A stretch of DNA of 64,000 nt from an uncultured Candidatus Actinomarina sp. (GCA_902604835.1 CACKZW010000003.1:408-64407); one strand, 5' to 3'; positions 30,317-40,445 are shown, counted from the stretch's first letter. Notes: generated by a model not told the origin, from the letters alone. Numbers and translations: made by a program.

Positions 30317-31009
30317 ATGAAAAAAGTAGCATTTAAATTTTCAACATATGTATCAATTTTTTTTGTTCTTCCAATTTTAAAATTATTTGGTAAAAAATAT
30401 TATGAAACTAACGTAGTACCGAAGCTTTTAACTATTCTTTGTAATACAAAACCTAATCACTATCAGAGGAAAAAGGTTGTACCTTTAGCAACAGGAGATG
30501 TTGTTGAAATAGGTGTTGGTCCAGGATTAAATTTGCAATACTATAACTTTGAAAAAGTCAACAAAGTTATTGGAATAGATCCTTCAGATGAACTAAACAA
30601 AATTGCTAAAAAAAATGCTGATAAGGTTAATTTAGATATTGAATTTAATTTATCCTCAGCTGAAAGTATTGATTTACCAACATCATCTGTTGATTCAGTA
30701 GTTTGTACTTTTTCATTGTGTTCAATTCCTGACCCAAATAAAGCTTTAAATGAAATTTATAGGATTTTAAAGCCAGGAGGTAAATACTTTTTTTGTGAAC
30801 ATGGAATTTCTCCAGACATTACCACTAGAGTTTTTCAAAATGTTACAAACATATTTTATCCAAAATTATCAGGAGGTTGTCATGCAAATAGAGATATACC
30901 AAAGTTAATTACTGATGCCGGATTAAATATTGTTGAAAAAGACACAATGTACTTACCTGGATCTGTAAAGTTTCTTGGATACAATTACTGGGGTTTAGCT
31001 GTTCGCTAG
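30317..31009 (+). CDS. class I SAM-dependent methyltransferase (Methyltransf_11-like) with N-terminal TM segment
   Basis: SAM motif I VVEIGVGPGLN and post-I/II motifs (VDSVVCTFSLCSIPD; LKPGGKYFFCEHG). Confidence 0.8.
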   Translation: MKKVAFKFSTYVSIFFVLPILKLFGKKYYETNVVPKLLTILCNTKPNHYQRKKVVPLATGDVVEIGVGPGLNLQYYNFEKVNKVIGIDPSDELNKIAKKNADKVNLDIEFNLSSAESIDLPTSSVDSVVCTFSLCSIPDPNKALNEIYRILKPGGKYFFCEHGISPDITTRVFQNVTNIFYPKLSGGCHANRDIPKLITDAGLNIVEKDTMYLPGSVKFLGYNYWGLAVR

Positions 31010-31941
31010 ATATCTTTTATAGAAAGAATTGCCTCAACACAAGCATCTGGTTGATCTTCTTGTAAAAAATGTCCCGCATCCTTAATAGTTACATGTGGCA
31101 TCCCTTCACAACCTGGTACTAGTTTGTAAAAGGAATTTTCAACACCTGCAAATATTGGATCTTTATCACTAAATGCGCATAAAAATGGTTTATTCCATTC
31201 TCTTAAAATTTTCCATGCTTCTTTATTGGGCTCCGCACTTGGAGTTCTCAGCGTTCCAGGTACTAAGTTTGGAAATTGTCTAACTCCCTGCTTGTGATCA
31301 TCACTTGGGAATGGAGCATTATAAGCAGCAAGTGCATTTTCATCTATGCCTTTAGTTGTACCATTTCTGACTTGTCCTGCGACATGTAGATCAGGTTTTA
31401 TCTGTAAAAACTCACGAAACACAGCAAACCCTTCACTTAATGGAGCTTTTCCTGTGGGTAGTCCTGTATTAGCAGTAATTATTTTTTCAAATCTATCATT
31501 ATATTTTGCTGCCAGCCTTAAGCCGATCAAGCCTCCCCAATCCTGACAAAAAAGTGTAATATTTTTTAAATCAAGACTTTCAATAAATTCGGACATCCAA
31601 TCAACAAATCCTTCATAGGTGTAGTTGTACCTGACTGAAAATTTATCTGATTTTCCAAATCCAGGTAGATCGGGAACAATTACCCTATATCCACTATCTT
31701 TTAAGGGATTAATCATATTTCTATAAAGATATCCCCATGTCGGATTTCCATGCATTAGCAACACAACATCATTGCTTTCACTGTTTTCATCAACATAGTG
31801 AATATTGATATTGCCAAATTCAGAAGATACAGTAACAAAATTTTCTTCGAAATCCCATCCAGCAATATTTTCAAATAAACTTAAGTCAGTTTTTAAAATT
31901 GTCATTGTATTCATAATAGTTTTAAACATATAACTTTTCAT
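31006..31941 (-). CDS. haloalkane dehalogenase-type alpha/beta hydrolase
   Basis: LLMHGNPTWGYLYRNMI, nucleophile elbow CQDWGG, and C-terminal GHFLQED. This matches the DhlA/DhmA-type pattern. Confidence 0.8.
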   Translation of the reverse strand: MKSYMFKTIMNTMTILKTDLSLFENIAGWDFEENFVTVSSEFGNINIHYVDENSESNDVVLLMHGNPTWGYLYRNMINPLKDSGYRVIVPDLPGFGKSDKFSVRYNYTYEGFVDWMSEFIESLDLKNITLFCQDWGGLIGLRLAAKYNDRFEKIITANTGLPTGKAPLSEGFAVFREFLQIKPDLHVAGQVRNGTTKGIDENALAAYNAPFPSDDHKQGVRQFPNLVPGTLRTPSAEPNKEAWKILREWNKPFLCAFSDKDPIFAGVENSFYKLVPGCEGMPHVTIKDAGHFLQEDQPDACVEAILSIKDI

Positions 31942-31995
31942 CTCAATCTTTTTTTAAACTATCAACCAGTCTCAGTTTTAATTAATATATGTGTA

Positions 31996-32622
31996 ATGAC
32001 TAAGTTACTCAAAAAGTTCTCTCCATATCTGATTGGAATTATCTTAGGAATTTTAAGTTTTATTCCCTTTACAAGACAAACTACGATTGCATCTTTTTTA
32101 ACTGGATTTGGAAGCAATACTGTTAGTCAATGGAATTACTTTTTGGATTATGGTTCAGAATCTCAGAATATGTGGCAAAGATCATACGTTTCACTTCTTG
32201 GATTGTTACCCAGCGCAAGTCCAGAAGTCATATATTTGTCAGCATCAGTCGATGATAACGGTGATGGATTGCTCGGTAATTGTGAATATACATTAAACGG
32301 TGTAGTTCCAAATGCAAGATATTGGAGTTATGCGATTTATGGAAATGATAATTATTACTTACAAGATCCCAATAATTTAAAAAGTGATCCAACTTATGAA
32401 GACCTATTCGCTCAAGTTACCAATGGATATGAAATCATAAGAAATATTGGCGAAACCTACGAAATCAAAATAGGAAATAATTTAGTAAATCAAGATGGAA
32501 CTTTAAGTCATTTTGGAAATGATTTCAATCTGATATTAAGGATATATGGACCAGATTTACAATATTATGACGATCCAAGCTCAATACCTGTTGCCAAAAT
32601 ATTGAAAGAGAGTTGTAAATGA
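31996..32622 (+). CDS. membrane-anchored DUF1214-like protein
   Basis: An N-terminal TM segment. VPNARYWSYAIYGNDNY and FNLILRIYGP resemble DUF1214 motifs (from memory). Confidence 0.5.
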   Translation: MTKLLKKFSPYLIGIILGILSFIPFTRQTTIASFLTGFGSNTVSQWNYFLDYGSESQNMWQRSYVSLLGLLPSASPEVIYLSASVDDNGDGLLGNCEYTLNGVVPNARYWSYAIYGNDNYYLQDPNNLKSDPTYEDLFAQVTNGYEIIRNIGETYEIKIGNNLVNQDGTLSHFGNDFNLILRIYGPDLQYYDDPSSIPVAKILKESCK

Positions 32623-33158
32623 ATAATTCTCTTTTGAAAATATCAATAATTGCCATAGCAACTCATCTTCTTTTAATTTTTTTCGGTCCATATATAGTTA
32701 TGAATCAATTGGATAGAAATATTGCAGACGCTATAGCTAATCCTTTTGAAGGTTGTGAAGATACTTATGATGGAATTGTCGGCAATTTAGATCAAGTTTG
32801 TATTTCTAGGAGATCAGCTGCAAGAATGCCAAATTATGATTTTATTTACACTATGTGCAGATATGATTTATCAAATGGAGACTTATATGTTTCAATGCCA
32901 GTTCCTGAAGACGAAAGATATTGGGTAGTTCACGTTCATAACAATAATACAAATGTTGCTTTCAAAATAAATAACTTAGAAATAGAGTCAGATAGATATG
33001 AGTTGTTAGTAACAAATAAAGAAAATATAAATAGTTCTTTAAAGACAATCAGAACAACTGATAAAGGGACTGTTTTTTGGAGGTTGCTTGTCAACACAGC
33101 TGAAGAAATAGATATATTAGATAACCAAAGAAGGACAACTGTCTGTGAATACAGATAA
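32619..33158 (+). CDS. membrane-anchored DUF1254-like protein
   Basis: An N-terminal TM segment. PNYDFIYTMCRYDLSNGDLYVSMPVPEDERYWVVHVHNNNTN resembles the DUF1254 core motif. ATGA overlap with the upstream gene. Confidence 0.5.
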   Translation: MNNSLLKISIIAIATHLLLIFFGPYIVMNQLDRNIADAIANPFEGCEDTYDGIVGNLDQVCISRRSAARMPNYDFIYTMCRYDLSNGDLYVSMPVPEDERYWVVHVHNNNTNVAFKINNLEIESDRYELLVTNKENINSSLKTIRTTDKGTVFWRLLVNTAEEIDILDNQRRTTVCEYR

Positions 33159-34380
33159 GCAATATAATCCTATAGAGCTTTCAAAGGAATATCTAAAAAA
33201 ATCCACTTTAGATAACCAAGTAAGCATCGAGCAAGGATTTAATGTTGAATTGTACGAAGTATCAAATAATCTTGCATTTATTAAAAACTTTGGAAATATA
33301 GCTGTTTTCAAAAATGATACAACAGGATTACTAATTGATACTGGAATGGGTGTGTCATCGATGCAAGTTATTGAAAAGTTAAAAGAATGGGGTATTTCTA
33401 ATATTGAATATATTATCTATACCCATGGCCACGTTGATCATGTTACGGGTACTGAATATATTTCAAATGCATTTGAGGGCACAACGAAAGTAATTGCACA
33501 TGAAAATGTAACTAAAAGGTTTGATAGATATAAAAAAACAATAGGGTATAACGGAATTATTAATCAAAGACAGTTCGGACTTCCATCTCCAGTATTTCCC
33601 AATGACTTTACCTACCCAGATATTACTTACAGCGACGAGTATGAGCTCGAATTTAACGAATCAATCCTTACACTAACTCACGGTATGGGAGAAACTGACG
33701 ATGCAACGTATATTTATTCCAACAAAGATGATGCTTTATTTACTGGTGATTTCTTTATATGGTCACTACCAAATGCTGGTAATCCTTCTAAAGCACAGCG
33801 TTATGTTGGGTTTTGGGGTGAAGTATTAAAAAAAATGTCTAAATATAATCCAGAATATTTATTCCCTGGGCATGGTCCTTTAATCAAAGGAAAAAAAACA
33901 ATAAAAAAAATGCTCTTAGATACAAGTAATTGTTTATTGTGGATTGAGGAAAATGTCCTTAACTTAATGAACAAAGGTTATTCATTACGTGAGATTCAAT
34001 CAGAATTGGTTTTACCAGAAGAATATTATAAACCTTATCTTGTATCTGCATATGATGATTTTTCATTTTTAATCAATTCTGTCTGGAGACAATACGGTGG
34101 TTGGTATTCTGGTACACCATCTGAGCTCAAACCTCCAAAACTTCAGGATATTGGAAGAACATACATAGATATGGCCGGTAACGATGCTAATCTACTTAAT
34201 TTTTTAGAATCTTTGGTAAGCTCGCAAAAGTACAGAGAAGCTTCTGTAATTGTTGATGCAGCCCATAGTGTAAATTCTGAATTATTCTCAGATATCAAGA
34301 AAGAGATTTATTTGAAACTAGCCGAGCAAGAAACCTCTCTCATGGCAAAAGGAATTTACAAGTTTAATCATGACTCTTGA
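33145..34380 (+). CDS. MBL-fold alkyl/aryl-sulfatase (SdsA1/Bds1-like, apparently lacking the SCP2 tail)
   Basis: Metallo-beta-lactamase motif YTHGHVDHVTG, followed by a GETDDATYIY and FPGHGP pattern and an alkyl-sulfatase dimerisation-like region. Confidence 0.7.
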   Translation: MNTDKQYNPIELSKEYLKKSTLDNQVSIEQGFNVELYEVSNNLAFIKNFGNIAVFKNDTTGLLIDTGMGVSSMQVIEKLKEWGISNIEYIIYTHGHVDHVTGTEYISNAFEGTTKVIAHENVTKRFDRYKKTIGYNGIINQRQFGLPSPVFPNDFTYPDITYSDEYELEFNESILTLTHGMGETDDATYIYSNKDDALFTGDFFIWSLPNAGNPSKAQRYVGFWGEVLKKMSKYNPEYLFPGHGPLIKGKKTIKKMLLDTSNCLLWIEENVLNLMNKGYSLREIQSELVLPEEYYKPYLVSAYDDFSFLINSVWRQYGGWYSGTPSELKPPKLQDIGRTYIDMAGNDANLLNFLESLVSSQKYREASVIVDAAHSVNSELFSDIKKEIYLKLAEQETSLMAKGIYKFNHDS

Positions 34381-34896
34381 TTAGAGATCATGTATCACAC
34401 TAGTGACCACACCCCATATCTGGGCTTCACTTTTTCCATTTAACTCAATTGGTTCGTAGTCTTCATTTTCTGGCTGCAAAATGATGGATGACCTTTTTTT
34501 TAGGTACCTTTTTACGGTAAGTTCGCCATCAATTATTGCAATTACTACATTTCCATTTTCTGCTTTGATACTTTTATCAACTACCAAAATATCATTTGGG
34601 AATATTCCTGCATTTATCATTGAATTTCCGGAGGCACGAACCAAAAAGGTTGATGCGGGATGCTTTACTAGGTATTGATTAAGATCAATCTTATCTTCTA
34701 AATAATCGTCAGCAGGGGATGGAAAACCTGCTGCAACCCTCTCTGTATACAATGGGATCTCATAAAGACCTTTACTTACTATCTCTGAAATGTATTTAAC
34801 TTTGCTTTCAGGGACTCTTATAGCTTTGGTTGACTCCCCATATTTTCCCTGTCCTTTTGGTCTACCAGCACCTTTTCTTGCTCCGCCTTTTGTCAT
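34381..34896 (-). CDS. umuD: UmuD-like S24 autopeptidase (translesion polymerase accessory subunit) with basic N-terminal extension
   Basis: AAGFPSPADDY cleavage-site region, ASGNSM Ser nucleophile, VVDKS Lys, and a close match by eye to E. coli UmuD. The N-terminus GGARKGAGRPKGQGKYGE is AT-hook-like. Confidence 0.85.
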   Translation of the reverse strand: MTKGGARKGAGRPKGQGKYGESTKAIRVPESKVKYISEIVSKGLYEIPLYTERVAAGFPSPADDYLEDKIDLNQYLVKHPASTFLVRASGNSMINAGIFPNDILVVDKSIKAENGNVVIAIIDGELTVKRYLKKRSSIILQPENEDYEPIELNGKSEAQIWGVVTSVIHDL

Positions 34897-34919
34897 AAAA
34901 ATGTCTTTCTTTTATCTTA

Positions 34920-34937
34920 GAATAGTGTACAGTATTC
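34920..34937. promoter_or_regulatory. 18-bp near-perfect palindrome GAATAGTGTACAGTATTC in the divergent umuD-like/umuC promoter region (candidate shared operator)
   Basis: Read directly from the sequence. 16 of 18 positions are self-complementary. It is centred in the 59-bp intergenic region. Confidence 0.4.
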
Positions 34938-34955
34938 AAAGGAATAAATAAAGAA

Positions 34956-36221
34956 ATGAACAATAAAATTTTTGCTTTGGTCGACTGTAATAACTTTTAT
35001 GCATCGTGTGAACGAGTATTTAATCCAAAACTTGAAGGAGAGCCAATCGTTGTTCTTTCCAATAATGATGGGTGCATTGTTGCACGATCAAATGAAGCAA
35101 AAGCACTAGGTATTCCAATGGGAGCTCCGCTATTCAAATATGAACAATTAATAAAGAGAAACAATGTTCATGTATTCTCATCAAACTACACATTCTACGG
35201 AGATATGTCAGCAAGAGTGATGACATCTCTTCGTTCAATAGTTGGGGATATCGAGATTTACTCAATAGATGAAGCTTTTTTAGATATAAGTAAATTTTAT
35301 TATTGTGATTTAAAAGAGACAGCAGATGAGATACGAAGACAAATAAAACAATGGACAGGAATACCAATCTCAATAGGTATTGGGCCATCCAAAACATTAG
35401 CAAAAGCTGCAAATAGACAAGCTAAAAAATATGAAGAATCAAATGTCTTTGATATACGAGAGGAGTCAGAAAGAATCAGAGTCCTAAAAAGTTTAGAACT
35501 TGAAGACATATGGGGGATATCAACAAGATGGGGCAGGAGGCTTAGAACTATCGGGATCAACTCCGCATACGAGCTTTCAACAGGAGATCCAAGACAGATA
35601 CGAAAAACACTCAGTATTGTGGGAGAGAGGATATATCACGAGCTTAATGGCATATCGTGCATGCAAATTGAAGAAGTTAAAAATAAAAAAAATATAATTT
35701 CATCAAAATCTTTTGGAAAAAAAGTTACAAAAGTATATGAACTTGAAGAAGCTGTTTCAACCTATGTTGCAAGAGCATGTGAAAAATTACGATCTCAGAG
35801 CTCAAGAGCTGGAGGAATCCATGTATTTTTGAGAACTAGCCCGTTTATAGATATTGATAAAAAATACAGTAATGGGATGAGTTCATTTTTTACAATTCCA
35901 ACAAGTAACACTTCAAAGATAATCAAAGAAGCAAAAAGATTAACGAATAAATTATTTCTCCCAAACTATGAGTATCAAAAAATAGGAGTTATTTTATTAA
36001 ATATTTCTGATGCCAGGAATGAACAATTCAGCTTTCACGAGAGTGAGAATTATGAACAGTCAGATATCCTCATGGAATCGTTAGATCATCTAAATGACAG
36101 GTTTGGAAATGGAACTATTTTTATGGGAGCACAGGGCATTCAAAAAAATTGGAAGATGAGAGCTGACAGAAAGTCAGCAGCATATACAACAAAATTATTA
36201 GATATTCCCGAAGTAAGTTAA
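34956..36221 (+). CDS. umuC: Y-family DNA polymerase (UmuC-like)
   Basis: The N-terminus [51 protein letters not shown] is a UmuC hallmark. SIDEAFLD catalytic motif. 421 aa. Confidence 0.88.
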   Translation: MNNKIFALVDCNNFYASCERVFNPKLEGEPIVVLSNNDGCIVARSNEAKALGIPMGAPLFKYEQLIKRNNVHVFSSNYTFYGDMSARVMTSLRSIVGDIEIYSIDEAFLDISKFYYCDLKETADEIRRQIKQWTGIPISIGIGPSKTLAKAANRQAKKYEESNVFDIREESERIRVLKSLELEDIWGISTRWGRRLRTIGINSAYELSTGDPRQIRKTLSIVGERIYHELNGISCMQIEEVKNKKNIISSKSFGKKVTKVYELEEAVSTYVARACEKLRSQSSRAGGIHVFLRTSPFIDIDKKYSNGMSSFFTIPTSNTSKIIKEAKRLTNKLFLPNYEYQKIGVILLNISDARNEQFSFHESENYEQSDILMESLDHLNDRFGNGTIFMGAQGIQKNWKMRADRKSAAYTTKLLDIPEVS

Positions 36222-37447
36222 GTTTTAATTGATTTCCAAAAAGATCTAGTTCTTAAGAACCAAAAGAAACCAACACTAAAACCTAAAGCTGGAAATACTG
36301 TGAATAAAGTCATCACATCATATTTTGTTGCTAAATAACCAATAATTAGATTCGAGATAGTAAACATTAAAAAATAAAAAGAATAATCCAATCCTGCAAT
36401 TCTTCCACGTATATTATCTGGTGTTAATATTTGGATTCCATAAGATGAAAATGCCCACTGAGCTCCACCACCACAATGTCCCAACACAAGAAGTATTGTC
36501 GTTACATACAAAGTAGGAGAGAAAGGTATAAGAAAATAAAACATTCCCCAAATCATAATGGAAGGACCTATTGTTGATAAAAGTTTTTGATCAGTTTTGC
36601 CAAACAAATATCTAAACAATACTGGACCTATAAATGCACCAATACCTCTCGCACTCCACATAAGTCCAGCTCCTAAATCACCAGTATCATAAACTTCTAA
36701 AGAAAGAATTGTAAATAAAGAAAGTAATCCAGCTGCTGAAATACCAAACATACCTTTTGTAATTGTTAAATAGAATATTTTTTTATCAGATAAAACAAAA
36801 TTAAGTCCATCTTTAAATTTAACTTTCTCATTTTCAGACGTAGATAATATATTTTCACTTAAGTTTGTTTTAATTAAATAAACTAAAAAAGCCGAAAACA
36901 TAAATGATAAAAAATTAATAGTAAATAATTGGTTTCGTGATAGAAACTCTGATAAAAATCCACCTAAACCAGCACCTAGACCAGCAGCTATTCCCCATGT
37001 AGAGAAATTTAATACATTAGCTTCTGGTAAATTATCTCTGCTAACTACATTTGGTAAGGCCGCATCAGAAGCTGGCATATATGCACAGTTAACAACGCCA
37101 AGAAGTGAAAACGACAAAAGAATAAATACTACATTTTCAGTTGATACAGAATACATTATTAGTAATACTGCACATCCAGATAAAAACTCAGATATAGATA
37201 TAACAACTTTTCGATCAAATTTATCAGCTAAGAATCCGCCAAAGCTACCTAGTATGACATAGGGAGCACTTTGAACAACTAAAACGATAGATGTAATAAG
37301 AGGACTATTTGTAATTTCATAGATAATACTTAGTAAAGGTACTGTCAAAAACCAATCTCCCATGTATGTGATGAATTTAGCAAAAAAAAGTTTTTGAAAA
37401 TCTTTATTTTTGGATAATAAATATGAATATTTTTCAAAATTTTTCAT
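36218..37447 (-). CDS. MFS transporter
   Basis: About 12 TM segments, with an MFS loop motif [11 protein letters not shown] between TM2 and TM3. Confidence 0.8.
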   Translation of the reverse strand: MKNFEKYSYLLSKNKDFQKLFFAKFITYMGDWFLTVPLLSIIYEITNSPLITSIVLVVQSAPYVILGSFGGFLADKFDRKVVISISEFLSGCAVLLIMYSVSTENVVFILLSFSLLGVVNCAYMPASDAALPNVVSRDNLPEANVLNFSTWGIAAGLGAGLGGFLSEFLSRNQLFTINFLSFMFSAFLVYLIKTNLSENILSTSENEKVKFKDGLNFVLSDKKIFYLTITKGMFGISAAGLLSLFTILSLEVYDTGDLGAGLMWSARGIGAFIGPVLFRYLFGKTDQKLLSTIGPSIMIWGMFYFLIPFSPTLYVTTILLVLGHCGGGAQWAFSSYGIQILTPDNIRGRIAGLDYSFYFLMFTISNLIIGYLATKYDVMTLFTVFPALGFSVGFFWFLRTRSFWKSIKT

Positions 37448-37477
37448 AACTCAATTACTGTAACTGGTATCTGTTTT

Positions 37478-38227
37478 ATGGGTATAATTAAGTCTATGAA
37501 AACAGTACTTATAACAGGTGGAACAAGAGGAATAGGTTTATCTATAGCTCAAAAGTATTTAGATGATGGCGATTCAAATGTTATCGTAACCGGACGAAAA
37601 CCTGACACTCTTGAAGAATTAAAACAAACTGTTAACAATGAAAACTTCCATACGGTTATGGCTAAAGCTGATGATGAGGCAGCAGCTGACCAAACATGTA
37701 AAGAAATTAATGAACAATTTGGATCATTAGACATACTGGTCAATAATGCTGGTACTAATCCAGCTGGGGGAAATCTTATGGATGTTGATATGGGAGCACT
37801 CGAAAAAACGTGGGCAGTTAACCAAAAAGGTCCACTACTTTGGGCTAGGGCAGCATATAAAAATGAGTTAAGCACCGCAATTTTAAACATCTGTTCAGTG
37901 GCTGGTTATTTTCCTTCTGATTTAATGGGAGCATATAATATTTCGAAAGCGGCATTAATTTATATGACAAAACAACTTGCTTATGAACTTGCTCCAGATA
38001 TAAGGGTTAATGGAGTCGCTCCAGCAATTGTAAGAACAAAGCTATCTCAACTTTTATGGGAAAACGAAGAATATTCAAAAAATTTACATTTGTTACAAAA
38101 ACTAGGAGAGCCTGAAGATATTGCTGAAGCGGTTTATTTCCTATGTTCTGATGACGCAAGCTGGATTACTGGAGAAATTTTAACGATAGATGGTGGATTT
38201 AGTATTAACGGAAATTCGTTATCTTAA
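37478..38227 (+). CDS. SDR family oxidoreductase
   Basis: TGGTRGIG cofactor motif, NNAG, and catalytic YNISKAAL (YxxxK). The start is probably ATG 37496. Confidence 0.85.
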   Translation: MGIIKSMKTVLITGGTRGIGLSIAQKYLDDGDSNVIVTGRKPDTLEELKQTVNNENFHTVMAKADDEAAADQTCKEINEQFGSLDILVNNAGTNPAGGNLMDVDMGALEKTWAVNQKGPLLWARAAYKNELSTAILNICSVAGYFPSDLMGAYNISKAALIYMTKQLAYELAPDIRVNGVAPAIVRTKLSQLLWENEEYSKNLHLLQKLGEPEDIAEAVYFLCSDDASWITGEILTIDGGFSINGNSLS

Positions 38228-38667
38228 TAACTCCATACATTTAAATTTAATTCTTTATCGTATGATCTTCTGATAAATAATCTTTTAATAAAGGTTGGCT
38301 CTCTTATTATTGCTTCAATCAACCAAGTTTTAGATCCTTCTGTGAGATGTCCACCAAAAGCTTTTCCATCTTTGTCAGATACAGATATGTGTATATGAAC
38401 TAGTGGTTTTTTATCAAATAATGTTATATTCCCAAGGCCACTTAAAACTTCAAACCCACCTTTAAAAAAGTGTTCTTCGTATTCTTTTGATTCTTGATTA
38501 AAGTAAAGTACATTTAAATTCTGAACAGCTCCAATAAATGATATTTCAGCTGTTTTTATTTTATTTTGGATTGCATATTCTGTAAGTGATTCAAGCAATA
38601 ATGTATCTTTCTCAAACTTTACATAGTGAACAATTTCTCTATTTACTTTATATTTACGAACGTACAT
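38224..38667 (-). CDS. PPC (DUF296) domain protein
   Basis: The pattern EISFIGAVQNL...FEVLSGLGNITLFDKKPLVHIHISVSDKDGKAFGGHL matches the PPC/DUF296 fold. Confidence 0.6.
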   Translation of the reverse strand: MYVRKYKVNREIVHYVKFEKDTLLLESLTEYAIQNKIKTAEISFIGAVQNLNVLYFNQESKEYEEHFFKGGFEVLSGLGNITLFDKKPLVHIHISVSDKDGKAFGGHLTEGSKTWLIEAIIREPTFIKRLFIRRSYDKELNLNVWSY

Positions 38668-38687
38668 TTTTATATTTTTAAGTTTAA

Positions 38688-39626
38688 TTAACCTATAAAA
38701 TATTTTGCTAATTCGTTATACAGTGGAATACCAATAATGATATTAAATGGAAAAGTAACACCTAAACTCAATCCAAGATATATTGCGGGATTTGCATTTG
38801 GAATTGCATCTTTTACTACAGCAGGAACTGCTATGTAGCTTGCACTTGCTGTTAAAACCATTAGCAATGTTGCATTTCCAACTGTTAGTGAGAACAAATT
38901 TGATGCAAACAACGCAAGAATAGATCCTATTAGGGGAGTAACTAAAGCAAACAAAATTAAATTTAAACCTTTTTCTCTTATTTCTGACAACCTTCTTGCT
39001 ACTCGTGTACCCATTACAAACAAAAATAGATAAAGAACATAATCAAAAATGGTAACGGTAAAAAAGTCAATGTTACCGATTAATTGATTTTGAAAAATTA
39101 TTCCAACAAAAAGTGATGATATTAACAATATGTTTGGTACTTCCAAGAAAGCTTTTTTTATTGTTTCAAAATTATTTTGTTTCTTATTTTTATTTTTTGT
39201 CACTAGATAGAGTGCCATAAATATTGCTGGAAACTCCATCACAACAAGTACTGCGGACATAAAATTATCAAATTCTTGTGAACTTGATGAAAGGTATGTT
39301 AATGCGGTAACAAATGTTATTGCACTTACTGATCCATAAGTACCTGAGAGGGCTGCAGCATCATCGATTTCTAGAATATTTTTTAAATAAAAATATGCAA
39401 TTAGAGGTATTATTAACGCAAAAAATACACCAAGCGATAGAACATTCGTTACTTCTGAGGTAAATCCATTTTCTCTTAAGCTTATTCCACCCTTTAGTCC
39501 GAGAGAAACTAATAAATAATATCCCAGGTATTTAGAAAGAAATTGAGGAAGTGTGTCCTTAAATATTTGTCCAATTGCAATTCCTGTCAAAAATAAAATA
39601 ATTGCTGGATTGAGTATGACTTCCAT
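38688..39626 (-). CDS. SbtA-like (DUF897) sodium-dependent bicarbonate transport family permease
   Basis: A polytopic protein of about 312 aa. The N-terminus NPAIILFLTGIAIG...YLLVSLGLKGGISL resembles the Sbt_1 family (from memory). Confidence 0.55.
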   Translation of the reverse strand: MEVILNPAIILFLTGIAIGQIFKDTLPQFLSKYLGYYLLVSLGLKGGISLRENGFTSEVTNVLSLGVFFALIIPLIAYFYLKNILEIDDAAALSGTYGSVSAITFVTALTYLSSSSQEFDNFMSAVLVVMEFPAIFMALYLVTKNKNKKQNNFETIKKAFLEVPNILLISSLFVGIIFQNQLIGNIDFFTVTIFDYVLYLFLFVMGTRVARRLSEIREKGLNLILFALVTPLIGSILALFASNLFSLTVGNATLLMVLTASASYIAVPAVVKDAIPNANPAIYLGLSLGVTFPFNIIIGIPLYNELAKYFIG

Positions 39627-39677
39627 TCAAATAGAAATGATAGTAACCAATGAGATATTTTAGAGTTTTATTAAAAA

Positions 39678-40442
39678 TTAATTTATTTGCTCGATTATTT
39701 TCTTTGTTCTGTCAAAATCAACAGGATTTTCTACGTTGTTGTCTAACTTAAAACTTGTTCCAATAATCAATATATCTGCAATATCTTCATATTTATCTAT
39801 ATTTGTCTCATTTACGCCAGATCCAATAGCTAACTTACCTGATGGAACGATATCTCTTACTTTGTTCAAATCATCAATATTTATTTCATGACCTGTTCCA
39901 TCACCAGTAACTATTACAACATCTGCTCCTGCGCGGTTGATTAATTCCTCGGTATGGTTTTCTATTTTTGATCCTTCTGGCGGAACAGCATGCTTAACGA
40001 AAACATCGGCAAAAATTTCTATATCTTTATTTAAACTTTTATTGAATTCAGCAATTTTATTTGCTTCACCCTCAATTATTCCCTGATCTGTAAACATCAT
40101 TACATTATTTAAGACATTTATTCTTACAAAATCTGCATTTGTTGCTTCAGCAATGGACAATGCAGCAATTCCATCATTTCTTAAAACATTTACACCTAGT
40201 TTTAATTTTGAATCAATATTTAGATTCTGTATTACTGAAGTAAAACTTGCTACAGTTCGCTTTGATACATCATTTTTGACGAACGGTACATCGCCAAAAT
40301 TTTCAACAATAATTCCATTTACGCCAGCTTTTGAAAGGTTGTCAATGTCATTTTGTGCTAGTTCTGTAATTTCTTCAAGATTTAATTTATTAGACGGTGA
40401 GCCAGGTAAACCTTTAAGGTGTATAACACCAAGAATTATCAT
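39678..40442 (-). CDS. BtpA/SgcQ family TIM-barrel protein
   Basis: The N-terminal IILGVIHLKGLPGSP motif is typical of the BtpA family. 254 aa. Confidence 0.7.
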   Translation of the reverse strand: MIILGVIHLKGLPGSPSNKLNLEEITELAQNDIDNLSKAGVNGIIVENFGDVPFVKNDVSKRTVASFTSVIQNLNIDSKLKLGVNVLRNDGIAALSIAEATNADFVRINVLNNVMMFTDQGIIEGEANKIAEFNKSLNKDIEIFADVFVKHAVPPEGSKIENHTEELINRAGADVVIVTGDGTGHEINIDDLNKVRDIVPSGKLAIGSGVNETNIDKYEDIADILIIGTSFKLDNNVENPVDFDRTKKIIEQIN

Positions 40443-40445
40443 ATG

